Below, piece after piece: positions 40,345-54,424 of a stretch of 64,000 nt of DNA. The DNA is from Octopus vulgaris (Eukaryota). The position numbers and the translations under genes are program-made. Positions within the stretch are counted from its first letter, which is position 1. Every line of letters starts with the position of its first letter. The notes below the pieces were generated by a model. It was not told the DNA's origin, did not search any database, and was given only the letters and a program-made list of their open reading frames with translations. The stretch lies in NCBI GenBank assembly GCA_951406725.2, contig OX597817.1:126170001-126234000 (forward strand), read 5' to 3'.

Positions 40345-41930
40345 TGTCAGAACAATATTACCGGGTTAATTCAAATGCTGGATACTGCAACTTGGACTGT
40401 ACCCAAGGATAATGTGGTCTTTGCAAATGTACGAAGTAGCCTGGTGTAGAGTAGAAAGGATGGAACAAATATGTTGTGTGTTTATCAGAAAATGGCTTGT
40501 TCTTCCAAAACCACTGAATACAACTGCACTATATGGAAAACCCGAGCTGCAACTACCAAGGGCATCGATTGAATATAAGGCAAGGAAAGCAAGAACAGTA
40601 ATGATGCTAATGTATTCGAAAGATCGGAACATCCGAGAAAACCCTCCAAAGGTACGAACAGAGGGAGGAATGGAATGCGGAAGAAGCAATAAACAGCGCA
40701 ATCAGAAAGGTAATGCATGCCGATATAGACGGAGCGGCGCAAGAAGTAAGAGCCGGCCTAGGGTTTCACAATTTCAAGCCATTTTTCATAAACAGTGTAA
40801 AAGAGATGAAAGAGGCAGTGGTACAGGAAGTGAGAAAGGAGGAAGAAAGAAGGCGAAATGTACATTTGGTACAATGTAGTCAACAGGGACAGTGGCTGAG
40901 ATGGGAGGAATCCGTGGTCAGTCGCAGAATCTCATGGAAGGAACAAGCATGGACATCTTTACTGATCAAGCCTACCTTCGACGTTTTATCTTCATCGGCC
41001 AATTTAGTCCGGTAGAACATACAAATGACTGATAGATGCGGAGAGAAAGCTACTGTGAGATATGGACTGTCAAACTGCAGATATACAGATATACATGACG
41101 TCACAATCAAATCCTCGATGTCTTAAGGGAGCACTCAAGAATAAAGATCGAGGTGTATAACAGGGGAGCGTACCAAAAAATGGGAAAGTGCGGGAAGATA
41201 CATCTCCAGGAGGTAAAAGGACATAATACCAGGCCTTCAAATAAATAATACGAGGCAGACGAAAGATGGAAGGGGTAGTGGGAGCTGGCCGTGGATTTAG
41301 AATGACCGCTAATATTTCCACTCATAAAAATAACAAAAAGACCGAACTTAATCGTACAGAACACAGAACGGAAGATTAGAATTTTGCTAGAGCTGACAGT
41401 GCTATGGGAAGAGCAGATCGCTAATGCAGAACAACGGAAAGAGGAGAGGTATCTAAGTTTAATCGAAGAGCGCGGAGAACAGGGATGGATTGTCGAGCAT
41501 TACCACATGGTAGTTGTGGCTAGAGGCTTAAGTGAAAGGAAAATGGGGACGTTATTCAAAAGATTTGCATTTTCGAGCTCAGAGCTGAGAAAGCTAATGA
41601 GGATACAGGAGGCTGTCGACAAAGCCAGTTTCTATTTATGGCTGAATGGAGAAGACACAAAACCCATAACACGCCGACTGAGAAATAGCGTCGCTAGGCA
41701 AGGCTGGCTGGCACTTATGCAGCATTGCTGATTGACATGTGGACCAAGTTAGCGATCTCGTTCATTGCGCCTCCTCCTCCTGGTTCGAAGGCGTGTACCA
41801 ACAAACAGCTGGTCGGCTCTGGTTGCTGGAACTGAAACGAACATAACAGTGTTGTTGAAAGGTAGTGTTAGAGAGGGCGCGGAACAAAACTACGCGTCCT
41901 TCCCATTCATTGGACAGTTGAAGCTTATAT
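40345..41930 (+). mobile_element. 5'-truncated HERO-like (R2 superfamily) non-LTR retrotransposon with restriction-like endonuclease
   Basis: FKCWILQLGLYPRIMWSLQMYEV...IRKWL.LP..L...ALYG..LQLP, SQQGQWLRWE, FDVLSS.ANLVR, decayed CCHC, RP(N)LI and ELTVLWEE...A..RK..RY; multiple frameshifts. 3' boundary approximate. Confidence 0.85.
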
Positions 41931-42648
41931 AGTGTCACGTGACAGTTAGTTGGTGCTGGCAGCTGGAGCCTACCGGTGAGTATTTAAAAGGAAATTTGGC
42001 AGGTCTCTCGTTCTCCCACTGACATTCCTTAACGCTGCATTGAAGAAAGCGAAGAACAAAAGAAAAAAATGGAGAAAGAAATATCACACTCAACACCAAA
42101 GGATTGGGGTCACATGTCGGAAACGGTAGAGGAATAGAGGCCGAAACCAGACTTGATCCTATGTAGGATCTGTTGAGGTAGCGAACCATGAAACGTTGTT
42201 TGAATTCCTTCATATTGTCTAAATAATTGACGACGTTTATGAATTGGTACATTGTCAATTGTTATAGGTTTACAAATATTAGATGTTTTTAGTCCAAACA
42301 TATTTAGTAAGTGGCGCCTTGAACCTTGAGCCTATACTTTCTTGTATACTGATGGGTGTGGACATGTGATTTCAAAGATTGATAAGCTTGACATTTATCT
42401 ATTGACTTTATATCAGTGGAAATATCACTTATTACTTTTATCTGTGTTATTTCAGTCACCTCTTCTTAGTTATGAGAAACCCGCGCTATCCTCTTCACTA
42501 TAGGCATTTAACTTCAATATTGATATATATGTTGTTTAAGCCAGTAATCCTTCACAATACAGGCTATGACCCAGGTGTGGCTGTACATAATTAACCATAA
42601 CTGAAATCTGATATAGGATATTTCTATGATACACTGGCGAAGAGTATT

Positions 42649-42765
42649 CACGATATACTTGTCATAACGATGTTGTTAAGATTAATTACAAGTAAATATA
42701 GAAACATAAAATGTGTGACTATGAAAGATGCAAAGATAAAGAACGAAACAAATATAATTACCGAG
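42649..42765 (+). repeat. ~117-bp segment directly duplicated at 39732-39848
   Basis: GTCATAACGATGTTGT.AAGATTAATTACAAGTAAATATAGAAAC...GAACGAAACAAAT.TAATT.CCGAG is present at both sites. Confidence 0.9.
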
Positions 42766-43181
42766 AGTTGAGCGTGGAAATAAAACAGATACACTGAAAG
42801 ATAAACTTTTTCTATGCTTACAGCTGACAAACAATTTAATAATTTAGATCTGTGCAAAATTTTGTGACAATGCATCTTAGATTTAATATATATATTCGAG
42901 TGGCGTTTTGTTTCGTTCTTAATCTGTTAAGAATAATTCAAGTGTTGTATATATAGAGGCTGAAGTGAGATAAGCAAAATAAACAGCGTACCCAAGATAC
43001 ATAGATAAGAAAGCGCATAGATAATTCGAGAGAAACAGAAGGAAATGGAGTCAGTTGTAAACAAATTAGCGTCTAATTTTTTTCAGTTTTGATATTTGTC
43101 TTATATTTGAACTATACCATTTAATGTGCATTTGAATTAAGAATCACCACTAATGATAATAACAATATATATGAACACATG

Positions 43182-43213
<32 letters not shown>

Positions 43214-43215
43214 TA

Positions 43216-43265
<50 letters not shown>

Positions 43266-44107
43266 TAAAGCAAACAAATACCACACCCGCGTGTATGTAT
43301 ATATATATATATATATATGGTAGGGTATGTTAGTGCATGCGTGTTTACAGGCAGACACACCTACACATGTTGATAATGAAAAATTATCGATTACGATAAA
43401 TTAGTAATTGTGGTAAAATTATTTGAAAAGTTATAGAGAACAAAACCAATAAGATAAAATATTTAATGAAGACTACAATTGAAATTAAGCGAAATATCTT
43501 AGCAAAAGAAGACCACGAAATCTGGACAGTTTCCAGGAAATAAGTAGTTTGTTTGATTGGCTGGCATTGTGTAGTAGCAATGTAATGTAATATAACGTGT
43601 ACTTAGATATATGCAAATGTATAAATATTTATACTTTGCAGCTGATTATTTTGTATAAATGAAGTGTTGTCTTGCTGCACCATCAATGTCTTTCTTAATA
43701 CGAAGGAAATATAACAAAAAAAAAATAGAAGAATGAGGAATGAGAGAAAGAATGAACTGCGTATAGGAAATAGTCTATATTAATAAGTAGTTTGTGCCCG
43801 AGAGAGAAAGTAAGAGAAACAAAAGTGTCAGATAATTAACAATCGGTAAAGCGATATGCATGAAAAAAAAATCCCCAACAAAATACTGAAATTTTTTTCT
43901 TATTGATATTAGTATTATATGTTTGCTTTATGCGAAGTGCTTTAAATCATTTTAGGTACATTTCGTACTACCTATTTTTTTAATTCTAATTTCGCTCCGT
44001 CTACACCTTTAACTTCAAAAGGGATTTCTTATCTCAGTCAAACCGATTTTCATAATAAGAATATGAAACAGTGCAAATCAGTAAACATTCCAGTATTAAG
44101 AATTGCG

Positions 44108-44322
44108 AAGGCAGCAAGCAAGCTGGGAGAATCGTTAGCACGCCGTGCGTAATACTTTGCCGAATTTTCTCCTTTTATTTTCTGAGTGAAAATTCCGCTG
44201 ATATTGACTTTGCCTTCCATCCTTTCTTGCTTCATAAAATAAGAACCAGTTGAAAACGAGTCAAAGTAATCGGCTGGCCCCTCTCCTGAAAATGTTGGCC
44301 TAGTACCAAAATTTGAAACCAA
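44108..44322 (+). mobile_element. SINE family B, diverged
   Basis: AAGGCAGCAAGC..GCTGGGAGAATCGTTAGCACGCCG head and GACTTTGCCTTCCATCCTT core. Confidence 0.75.
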
Positions 44323-45678
44323 TTCTGGGAATTTATAGTAATTTATTGGAAACATATTCTCACATACATTCTTCCACCTCATGTATATAATTTGAAATTA
44401 GTATAGTGAGACAAATATATTCAATGAACAAAAAGGGTTTGAGTATGAATTAAGTGTCTGACATGCAAAAGCAGTAACAATTTCGAAGAAAACGTATCTA
44501 ATAATCCATCAAACGTGTCGGTAGCGTAATATCAAAGACCCCTGAAATCCTGAAGCTCAGTGTTGCCAAAACTTGTTTTATTATCTGTTGTTAAAAGCAA
44601 AGCATGCCATAAAATGGTTATTACCCTCTCAGACAAAGAGATTAGCCTGAGAATTCAAAAATAATGTTGTCATAGTGTATATGAAATCATCCAACTCATT
44701 GTTCTTCACAACACCATTGCACTTGGACTTGGAAAACAAACATAGGCATAATGAAAGAAGTATTAAACACGTTGAGAATACTATACATTAAATGACAGGC
44801 TTCATTTACAGGAATTGCCGTTGCACGCAAACGGATGACATATCTAGGAATATCGCAAGTTTGATTTTCAATTATACGTGGGAAGACAAGGCTAAATTAT
44901 CACTAATTGGACGATGATGCAATAAACGTGTTTGCTTATCACAAGAAATTATAACTTCTAGGGACACGCGTCGAGAAATTCTTGATTTCGATTTTAAATA
45001 TCTTTACATAACTTACTTTTAATGGATAATATTCCGGTCATATATAAAAAGGAACAACGAATACATTTATTAGATTTGAACCTTAATAAATGAGACGGAA
45101 TTGAGGACGTATACTTGCTGAACACCATGTATTATAAGTAAGGACTTAGAATTACAGTCAACAGTTGTAATTTATCAATTTGTTGAGCACTATACCTATA
45201 ATGCCAACATTTCTACTTTCTTTGCTCTGTCTCTCGTTAATGTAGGACTCTTTCTGGAAATTTCATTGTAATTGACATGTTTATGTATTTGTCACTATAA
45301 ACTTACATTTTGGTCTATTTTTCCGCATATTTTATTCTCTTTCTCTCTTAACGTGCATATATATTCCAACCTCTAAGTATTTTGCATACCAAGAGTTTTA
45401 CGATATCTGATGGAGAGCTTGTGATTACCCTTGCACTAAAATAATGTCTCTAAGTATTTAACAATTATATTGGGTTTTTTTTCCCTTTTAATCACTCAGC
45501 CTGGATGAATTCTTTGTAATTCATTTTGCAGACACTTCAGAGAAGATTTCCCACACCTGAAAATGTCTCTAATCTGAAAAATGAAACTATCTGACATCAA
45601 TGTTCTTTGTATAATGTATATGATTGTAACATATCATTACATATTTATAAATGTGTGTGTTTATAATAAATATATATT

Positions 45679-45893
45679 CAAGGCGGTAAGCAGGAAGAAT
45701 GGTTAGCATGCCCGGTAAAATGTTTGCAGACATTTCGTTTGTCTTTACTTTTAAAGCTCAATTTCCACCGAGCTCTACTTTGCATTTAATCCATTCTGGG
45801 GAAATAGAATAAGTACCAGTTGAGCACTGGGGTCGATGCGATCGTCTTAACACCCCCTCTGAAATTGATGGGATTTTGCCAAAATTTGAAACG
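45679..45893 (+). mobile_element. SINE family B, diverged
   Basis: AAGGCGGTAAGC head; ACTTTGCATTTAATCC..AATAAGTACCAGTTGAGCACTGGGGTCGAT core. Confidence 0.75.
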
Positions 45894-45925
45894 AATAATT
45901 ATGTGTTTAATTAATATATATTTGT

Positions 45926-46003
<78 letters not shown>

Positions 46004-46007
<4 letters not shown>

Positions 46008-47261
46008 GTCATAAAGTATGAAATTTATAGAAAAGAATAAACAATTACTAATATTTATAAACAAAGGCATAGTTTTATTCATCAAATTATCAACCCATAT
46101 TGTCAATACACTTTTTAGCAGTAGCTTGTCAAGTCCAGTGCGATACTGTAAAAGCTGGGCAATATAGAGTCAATAGGATCTTGGAAGGCCAGTTTTACAG
46201 CATCGTTGGAAATGAATTTTTTCCTATCAAAACGTTATCCAAATTCTGGAAGAAGTGGTAGTCAGTGGGGCGAGATCAGCTGAGTATGGTGGATGATGGA
46301 GAACTTCCAACTCCAAACCATGTAGTTTCGTCAATGTTAATTTTTCGATGTGTGGTCTGGCGATGTCTTGCAATAAAATAGGAGTGGATCCGTTGACTAA
46401 TCTTGGCGGTTTGTTTTGTAAGTTTCTGCATCATGTGTTCCAGTTGGTTGCAATATATTTCGGCCGTGACTGATAAGCCAGGTTTGATGAAATCATAATA
46501 GATTGCACTTGTGCTAGACCACCAAACACACACCATCAGCTTCTTTTGATGAATTTTGCTTTTTGGACAGTATTTTGTTGGCTCGTCTTTGTTCAACCAT
46601 TGTGCTGAACGTTTACGTTTGTTGTATTGCATCCATTTCGTATCACATGTTACAATTTGATTAAAAAATTATTTATCTTTTTGAGGAGAAAGCAGCAAAA
46701 TGCAGGCTTCCAAGCGTCGCTGTTTCTGATTTTCATTGAGTTCATGTGGAACCCACTTACCCAAATTTTCCCTTTATCTATTTGAACTACGTCAGTCAAT
46801 ATTGTTTACTTGCTAACACCAAACAACAACGATCATTCACGGGCACTTTAAAATGGATCTGACCTCGACGGTGGCCTTCCGTTCGTCATTGTCCACCTTT
46901 CTGAGGTCAAAGTTACCAGAACGAAAATTTGCAAAACAATTTGATACTGTCTGCTGTTTAATAACATTAGAACAAAATACTCCATTAATATTCCGAGCTG
47001 TCTGTGATGCTGTATTTCCAAGAAAGAACTCATATTTCGAAACTGTATGAATTTCCGACTTATCCAACTCTAAACAAAAATAGCAAAAAAAAAACCCCAT
47101 TTATAAATACTTTATAAATCGCAAAATCAGTTAGAATAAAGAAATAGATGTGTCAGCTTTCTAACAAAACAAATTATTGTCCAAACATAATAGCAGCGCA
47201 AAATGAGCAGCTAAAACATTTACGATATACCTTAGTACAAATTTCATACTTTACGACTTTA
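46004..47261 (-). mobile_element. Decayed mariner (cecropia-subfamily-like), ~1.26 kb, inserted in (TA)n
   Basis: TIRs TTAGGTCATAAAGTATGAAATT / AATTTCATACTTTACGACTTTA; transposase motifs YEF..G.TASQTARNIN.VF, WVPHEL, TCDTKW.QY.KRKRSAQWL and PYSADLAPTDYHFF. Confidence 0.92.
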
Positions 47262-47300
47262 TATATACATACATACATACACGCACACGCACACACACAT

Positions 47301-47333
<33 letters not shown>

Positions 47334-49750
47334 CATATATATGTCATGATTCTGATTATGTACTTCCACATGTTTAGCTACGAGATAAGATAATATCACC
47401 GATCAAGTACTCTTCGGTATATGTTTGATGACAATCCACTAATGGAGTTAAAGGAACACGCTGTCAGTTTATATGTGAACGTTTCCTTCCTTGTTGACGT
47501 ACGTGTGTATCTCTTCAATTCCTTGTTTGTCAGCATACAGATGTATGTGTGCAAGTTAGATACAAAAACGGTGAATCTAAAATAAATCAAAGCGAAATTT
47601 CTTCTTTCATGTTTTATGACACTGAATTCTTTTCGTCCTCTTTTTTTATCTGGTTTCAATTATGAGCTAAAATATTTCATTAAGTATATTGCTTGAATAG
47701 TTATTTTGTGTAGTATAGATTTGCATAAATTGCCAACAAATAATACAAAGACACGGCAACTTAATATAAATACATTTGAACAAACCTATCCTTGTGTAAA
47801 AACAATTGAGATATTAACTTCCATTGTGATTTTAAAATATTTTAAAAACTCATTAATATTTATATTTTGTTTAAATTTTCAGCATTATGCTTTAATATCT
47901 TTAGTTAATTTCATATTTTATTTTAGAATATAATAACATACTTTTATTTTCATATTAGTTTTAAATAATATTTTATTTATGATTACTATCATCATTATCA
48001 TCATCATCTTCAATATTGTTATTATTATTATTGTTATTATTATTATTATTATTATCAATATTAGTATTGTTAGTACTATCAGCGTCATCTCACACCGTAA
48101 CGCATTTTTAAACTTTACAAAATGTTCTCTATCTTTTATTCTGTCACCCATAGAAGTTGTCTACTGTAACAAATGTATTATTTTAACGAGTCGTTAATAA
48201 TTTTTTCGACTAGACGGACAGAGCTTATAGATGTCATCATGAGTCATTAGTTAACACTTCAATGTTTTGATCTCTGATTATTATTCGCCGAGTCAAGTTA
48301 AAATGCATGAGTGCATACTTTAGCATCTCTTATACGGAATGGGAGTTCATATCCCACCACTGGTCATAAAAGACGGAAGAAATGAACTCAAATAAAAGAG
48401 ACTATAAGAGACACATTCTCTAAAATAGAAAGTAAACATCCTTTTGGCAGGAATAGAGAATAATCTTTTTTTCTTAAAGGCAAATGCGGAATAAATTGTT
48501 CTGTGTTTATTTATACATTTGTGAGGTATCAGGAATTACAATATTTCTTTGAAAAACCTTGTATCTTTCCGCTAGAAAGATCATTCTAGATTTGTAGATT
48601 TGTTCCAAATCATAGTTTAATCACTCTATAATTCCTATCACTATTAATGTGGAGAATGACACTTTGACAAGAACGCAGCATTTGCGACGTAGCTACCATT
48701 GGGAGCGCAAGGTTCTGATATCTCCAGTGCCTTTGTTTAGTTGTATTTTACCCGGCTGCATATAGATAGACAGATACAGACAAGATTGTACCATATACGT
48801 GCGAACTCAAAGCGTAAAGATGGAGAACAATTACTCTATCAAATTTTGTTATATTTGACAATTTATCCACAGATCGGGTTATCTTATTTCTTCTAATTTG
48901 GTAAAGGATAATGTCATATTAGCAGCAACAGGTCTTGAACTGAGAAGGGAAATACAGATATATATTTTGCGTAACGCTCTAACATTCAAATTTTACTCGA
49001 CTAAATTCAAAACGGAAGAAACATTTAGTATAATCAAAAAGATATAACTTGTTCAACGTCTTTAGATGTAGCTCCGTTCTATCTACAAAAGCGTACCTGA
49101 AGAAAAAACACAAGCATTTATCAAATAGTGGATATAATATTCTATTGAATTAACTGCTGTTGTTTTGTGTGTATAATCGTCATCATATATGATGCGCTTC
49201 GACTATACATAGTATTTGCATAGCCAAATATAAAGACAGAAATGTTCAGAAGATACTTCAAAAATTTGAATACTGGCAAGGCGACAGTTGCCTACTTGCA
49301 ACGGAGGAGTCGCTTCATAGCTTTTCCAACCACGTAAAGGTTTACGGACTAATGATTTCCTAAAAAATGTTGCAAATTTTTACAAAATCTCCAAGAAAAG
49401 CTTCTTGATATTAGCTAATATGCTATGATTACAGTCTATTAGAAACAGACTGTAATTAAAAGTTATTACACTGCTATTTTGAGCATTTCAAGCTACTGAT
49501 AAGAGAAAATCACGTCTCGAATTCTCCCATATAGAAAAATAAAGGAACAATAGGTCAATACTGAGTGAGCAAAGAGTAATGATGAGAGTCTTTCGTGTGA
49601 TTAATATGTCTCATTAGCATGGACATTCTTGTGAGACTAAGCGAAGGCATATTTGCACCTCTACAATTTACATCACATTTATCACCTTGTTAATTAATAT
49701 TTCTTGTAAACAAGGTGGTGATCTGACAGGAACGTTGCCGCTTTCGTTGT

Positions 49751-50069
49751 TTTTCAAGGTCTACGTGAGTCATTTTTGGCGGTATTTTTCAAGTTGTACG
49801 TGAGTCATTTTTGGTGGTATTTTTCAAGGTGTACGTGAGTCATTTTTGACGGTATTTTTCAGGATGAATGTGAGTCATTTTTGACGGTACTTTTCAAGGT
49901 GTACGTGAGTCATTTTTGGCGGTACTTTTCAAGGTGTACGTGAGTCATTTTTGGCGGTACTTTTCAAGGTGTACGTGAGTCATTTTTGGCGGTACTTTTC
50001 AAGGTGTACGTGAGTAATCTTTGGCGGTATATTTCAAGGTGTACGTGAGTCATTTTTGGCCGTATTTTC
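49751..50069. repeat. 35-bp minisatellite, ~9 copies
   Basis: Unit TTTTCAAGGTGTACGTGAGTCATTTTTGGCGGTA(T/C) recurs at an exact 35-bp period (C of CAAG at 49755, 49790 ... 50035) with no spacers. Confidence 0.97.
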
Positions 50070-50195
50070 ATAGCGTTAACATCATTTTGTTTTTGTATCA
50101 GTGTTTCAGACACTTTGTTAATTGTTCTTGTACTGCTTAGTAGCAATTTGTTTGTACTTCCCTTCCTGATAGAGGTGGGTCGGTTAGTGAAAAAG

Positions 50196-51667
50196 ATGTC
50201 TGAAGAAGACTTCAGCTTTTCAGATATGTTGCCTTCAGAGGAAGAATTTTTGAAAACGGTCAATAGAAAAGACGAATAATTAAATGAAGAAAAGAGAAAT
50301 TTGCCGACGTGGCAAAGTGCCAGGAAAATGATATTAATATCGATGAATTTGAAAATTACAAACATTTATTACGTCGGGATGAATTTGACTTTAAATTATC
50401 ACTGCCCCCGCAAGAGAGGCTTAATAATATCAAAAATGTACAATTTGATACAGAACATCTCCAATAATTAAAGGGAAAATTGACGTCAAGACCACAGGTC
50501 AAATAGAGAAAGCTTTAAGACTAATATGGCATGAAATAGTGTACCTTGCGAGAGGTACTATGTTCGGAGTAGTGGAGGTGAAATTCAAGGACGCGGCAAC
50601 AGCAAAAAAGCACGCAGCGACTACCATCAAGAGTGAGAAAGTGTGCGTCAAGAGTTAGGGTGGAGGGAAAGCAGCCAGAGACAGATGTAACTTGGATAGC
50701 AGCCGCTGTCTTTCTGGGAAAGAAGGACAACATAGCGGTTCTCCAGGCCACAAAAATTCCAAAGCGTTATATAGAAGGGACAGATTATTCAAGGTTCAAC
50801 CGAAGCCCTAGAAAATATTAAAGAAACAATAATTATGGACGACGTGATAATGAGGGTCAGGGTAGAGCGCAGAATCCCTCGATGCTTTAAATGTGTCGTG
50901 AAGGGCCACATCAGAGTGGACTGCCTTTCACTAACCAAAAAGACGAATGAGATACAAGAGGAAGAGCCTCAGAAAGAGCAAGAAAATAAAGAGGAATACA
51001 AAATATTAACAGAAGTAGAGAAGAAACAGACAATGAATGGGAATTAATAGGAAAATGGAACAAGAAAAAAAAGAGAAAATTAAGCCCCATAACGACCCAC
51101 ACCCTCCTCGATCCACCCTTCCTCTACAGATACCAAGCCCACCTCTCCCCCTCTTACACAGAAAAATGTACAAACGTGCAAGAACTCCCAAACTCTCCCC
51201 AGACAAAAGAAGAAGAAAAAAGTGCCACACAGTAATGTATGATTACTCAAATGAAAAACTGTGTAAAGAAGTGTTATCTTGGGAAGACTTTACAACAGTT
51301 GGAACAACTGGTTTTGACAACATAAAGTGGACGGCACTGTTGTGTGTTGTTCTCGGATGAACAACAAGATTTAAAAGTGGATATATGTGTTGGGAGGCGA
51401 AATTGGATTGGAACGTATTACCACATTATATGACATATAAGGAAATGGTGGAAGAATTTGGGATCGATATTCTAGCGAATACGAAGTTTAAAAGGTATAA
51501 ATGAAGATGCTATGAAGTGGTGCAGAGTGGTTTTATTCCATTTTTTCCTTTCAATTTTCTTGTCAGTTTTCCATTCGTTTGTTCTAATTTTTTTCTCAGT
51601 TTGTAAGTCTTCATATGTTATGTATTGTCCCTTCTATGTTCGCCCCGTAGTGGGTAATAAAAAAAAT
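50196..51667 (+). mobile_element. Decayed LINE ORF1-like (L1/Tx1-type) element with a CCHC zinc knuckle and no ORF2
   Basis: ATG at 50196 (MSEEDFSFSD...), RRM-like EVKFKDAATAKKHA and RVRVEG segments, C-x2-C-x4-H-x4-C knuckle CFKCVVKGHIRVDC, pyrimidine-rich 3' region ending GTGGGTAATAAAAAAAA. Confidence 0.65.
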
Positions 51668-51679
51668 TAGAAACACTCG

Positions 51680-52052
51680 TGCGTATTTCTTTCGACTTGA
51701 TGTTCTGAGTTCAAATGTTACCGTGTTGGACTTCGCCTATCATCATTTCGAGCTCGATAAGATAATTACCAGTCGAGTACTTCGGTCGATGTAATCGTCA
51801 TACCCCGCCCTTAGATTGCTAGGTTTGTGCCAACATTTTAAATTAGTAATTCTTGTAATGTAGGTAGTAAGCTGGCAGAAACGTTAGTGGCATTTCTTCC
51901 TCCTTTACGTTCTTAGTTCAAATTCCACCAAGTTCCCACTGCTTTTCATCCCTCCGGGATCGATGAATTAAGTAACGGTTGAGCGCAGCTCAATGAAATC
52001 GGCTTACACCCACCCAACAACATTTGTGGCCCTGTGCCAACATTTGGAACCC
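51680..52052 (+). mobile_element. Two adjacent diverged SINE family B copies
   Basis: GTTCTGAGTTCAAAT..GACTTCGCCTATCATC (51700) and AGCTGGCAGAAACGTTAG..GCTTTTCATCC (51870). Confidence 0.72.
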
Positions 52053-54424
52053 GCATTTTTTTCTAAGATAGTCCGCAATCTTAGGGAAAACGAATATTAT
52101 CTTAAAGTAGTCGAGTGGTCAAGTATTGGATGTATTCCAGAGAACCTCCAAAAACTTAGCACTAATATCTAAGCATTTCCTAATCCAAATTAGATTACCT
52201 AAGCCGAAAATCACAGATTACCAAACTATGAATCCACAAACGCCTATCCCTTTACATTTTGAAGTTTACAAGAATGCCGAACAACTCAAAATAATGAGGT
52301 TAAGATTCAAGTAATTCACAATCGAGTATAAAACTGTGCACTATCAACATTAGTTACCAATGTATAAAGAATTTCTTACTCGTTTTTCTTCAAAAGACAA
52401 AATACGTTTATACTCAGAAACATAGCTGCGAGGGAGAGGACTCCTCTCTTCACTTAGCATGCGCATGGCAAAATGTCATTTTCTTCTCATGTAGTCTCTC
52501 TTGAACAAGCGCAAGAGATCCAATCTGCTTTGCGAGTTTCTTACCTTAATGACAACCGAAATATTTTGGTATATTTGAAAAATATACTAGAATATTATGA
52601 TATAGTGTGTGAATTTTACACAAGCAGAAACTCTCGCTACAAGAACGACATTCGCAAGGCTTGGTAATTAAATATCAAACGTCTTAATAAATATGAAAAT
52701 ACAACATATTTGAAATATAGATATAAAAACAATTATTAGTTCCAATTCTAATAAGAAAAAACTGTTCAGCTATAAAACTGATGCCAGGTTTGAAATCAGC
52801 ATAAAGTCTTTCTCGTCCACCCGAAGCAACTCCGATCAAAATGTTTTGTTGACCAGTGATATTATCGCTGAAAAATAAGATTTTATCGTGATGGTTAGAG
52901 TAAAGTTTAATAGTTTAATGGAATTATTTCAGATTTGATATCAACATTTCGCTTCGAATTAAAATCGATGTGTTATGAGGTCTCTCAGATATTTATCTAT
53001 AACTTCTAAAATTTATTTTAAATTGTTTGACTCTTCATATCTCATAAAAATAGGAAATACATTTTTCATTCATACACACACATATGTATACACACACACA
53101 TGCACACATACTTAGATTTATTTTAGCTGGAAATTGTATGTTATTTCTAATGCATACACATTCATCCACAGAAGAATAAGTAGACAGTTTTAAGTATTTA
53201 AAAAGCAACATTTATTTTATATTTATTCTGCCGCATTTGCATATTATAAATGTGTGATGGGGAGGGAAGAATTATTAGAGTGTTAGACTGAATATATATG
53301 GTGTGCATAGTTATGATTTTTGTTATGAGTTCAACACCAACCAGCATTTATTTTGCCTTATAACGTTTCATAGATGACTAGAATAATTGCCTCTGAATTT
53401 CTACCTCGTATTTGTTCGACAAAACTTCTTTTGTCCAAATGTTCAGCTCTGCATCTTTCCTACTAAATTTTACCTGTTATAAGTAATAGTGGCACAAGGC
53501 CGAATATATTAATTTCTATACAGTATTCGATGTGACATAAGTATCTAAATTCAATAGTAAATTCAAATCACGCTGTTTCAAATTTCATCTCGTATTTTTG
53601 CCAAACGATCGGATATTAGAGGAAAATTAAATTTACAAGTTTCACCAGCTCGGATTTTGTGAACTTTAAATTACTAACAATTACCAGTACTGAAACTATA
53701 TGGAAATCTATGAAAAGGCGAGTGAATGAAAAATGAATAGTCAAGTCTATTTTCGTTCTGGCTTTAGATGCAACAGACGTTAACTTTTGTTTATCCATTC
53801 CCCGGGGAAGTATTAACTGGCAATAATTAGAATTTGATTCCAGCCCTTAAGAGGTCGTGTAAATTTTATCTAAATCGGATTTCATTCTAATCAGCCAGTT
53901 ATTCTCTGTCAGAATCTCGCTCTAAAATATCTGAGACACCTGGAGGTGTGCTTGATTTATATGTGAGTAAATAATTTTGATATGTAATATTATGGGTTAT
54001 CTTTTCTACTTGTAACTTGCTTTAATTTAGGTACACGTAAGATGAATGTGATTGCTTTATACTTGTTTCATCATCCTCTAAAATTCCCATTAATATCGAG
54101 ATACATTTATATCCCCAAATTGCTTGGCAAAGTGTTATCGGTTATTTCTTCCTTTCTGGATTGTAGGTATGCTGCGGCATACCTGCGTTTAGAATTATTT
54201 CGTGGAACAAATCAATTCTATTTTTTGGCCTGGTAAATATTCTATCGGATGCTTTAAACACATCGGTCGTCAACTGTGGGTGGGAGAAATAGAGATGCGC
54301 AAATACAGACCCATATGTATTTTAATCATCAGCGACAGATGCAGTATTAATGATAAAAGATTATCTTTATATCCAACTTGACGTGGATGTCGTCGTAGAA
54401 TATATATACATAATATATATATAT

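Noticed and set aside
49751-50069. CRISPR-like periodic repeat
   Set aside because: Units are contiguous with no unique spacers, no cas genes are present and the context is eukaryotic.
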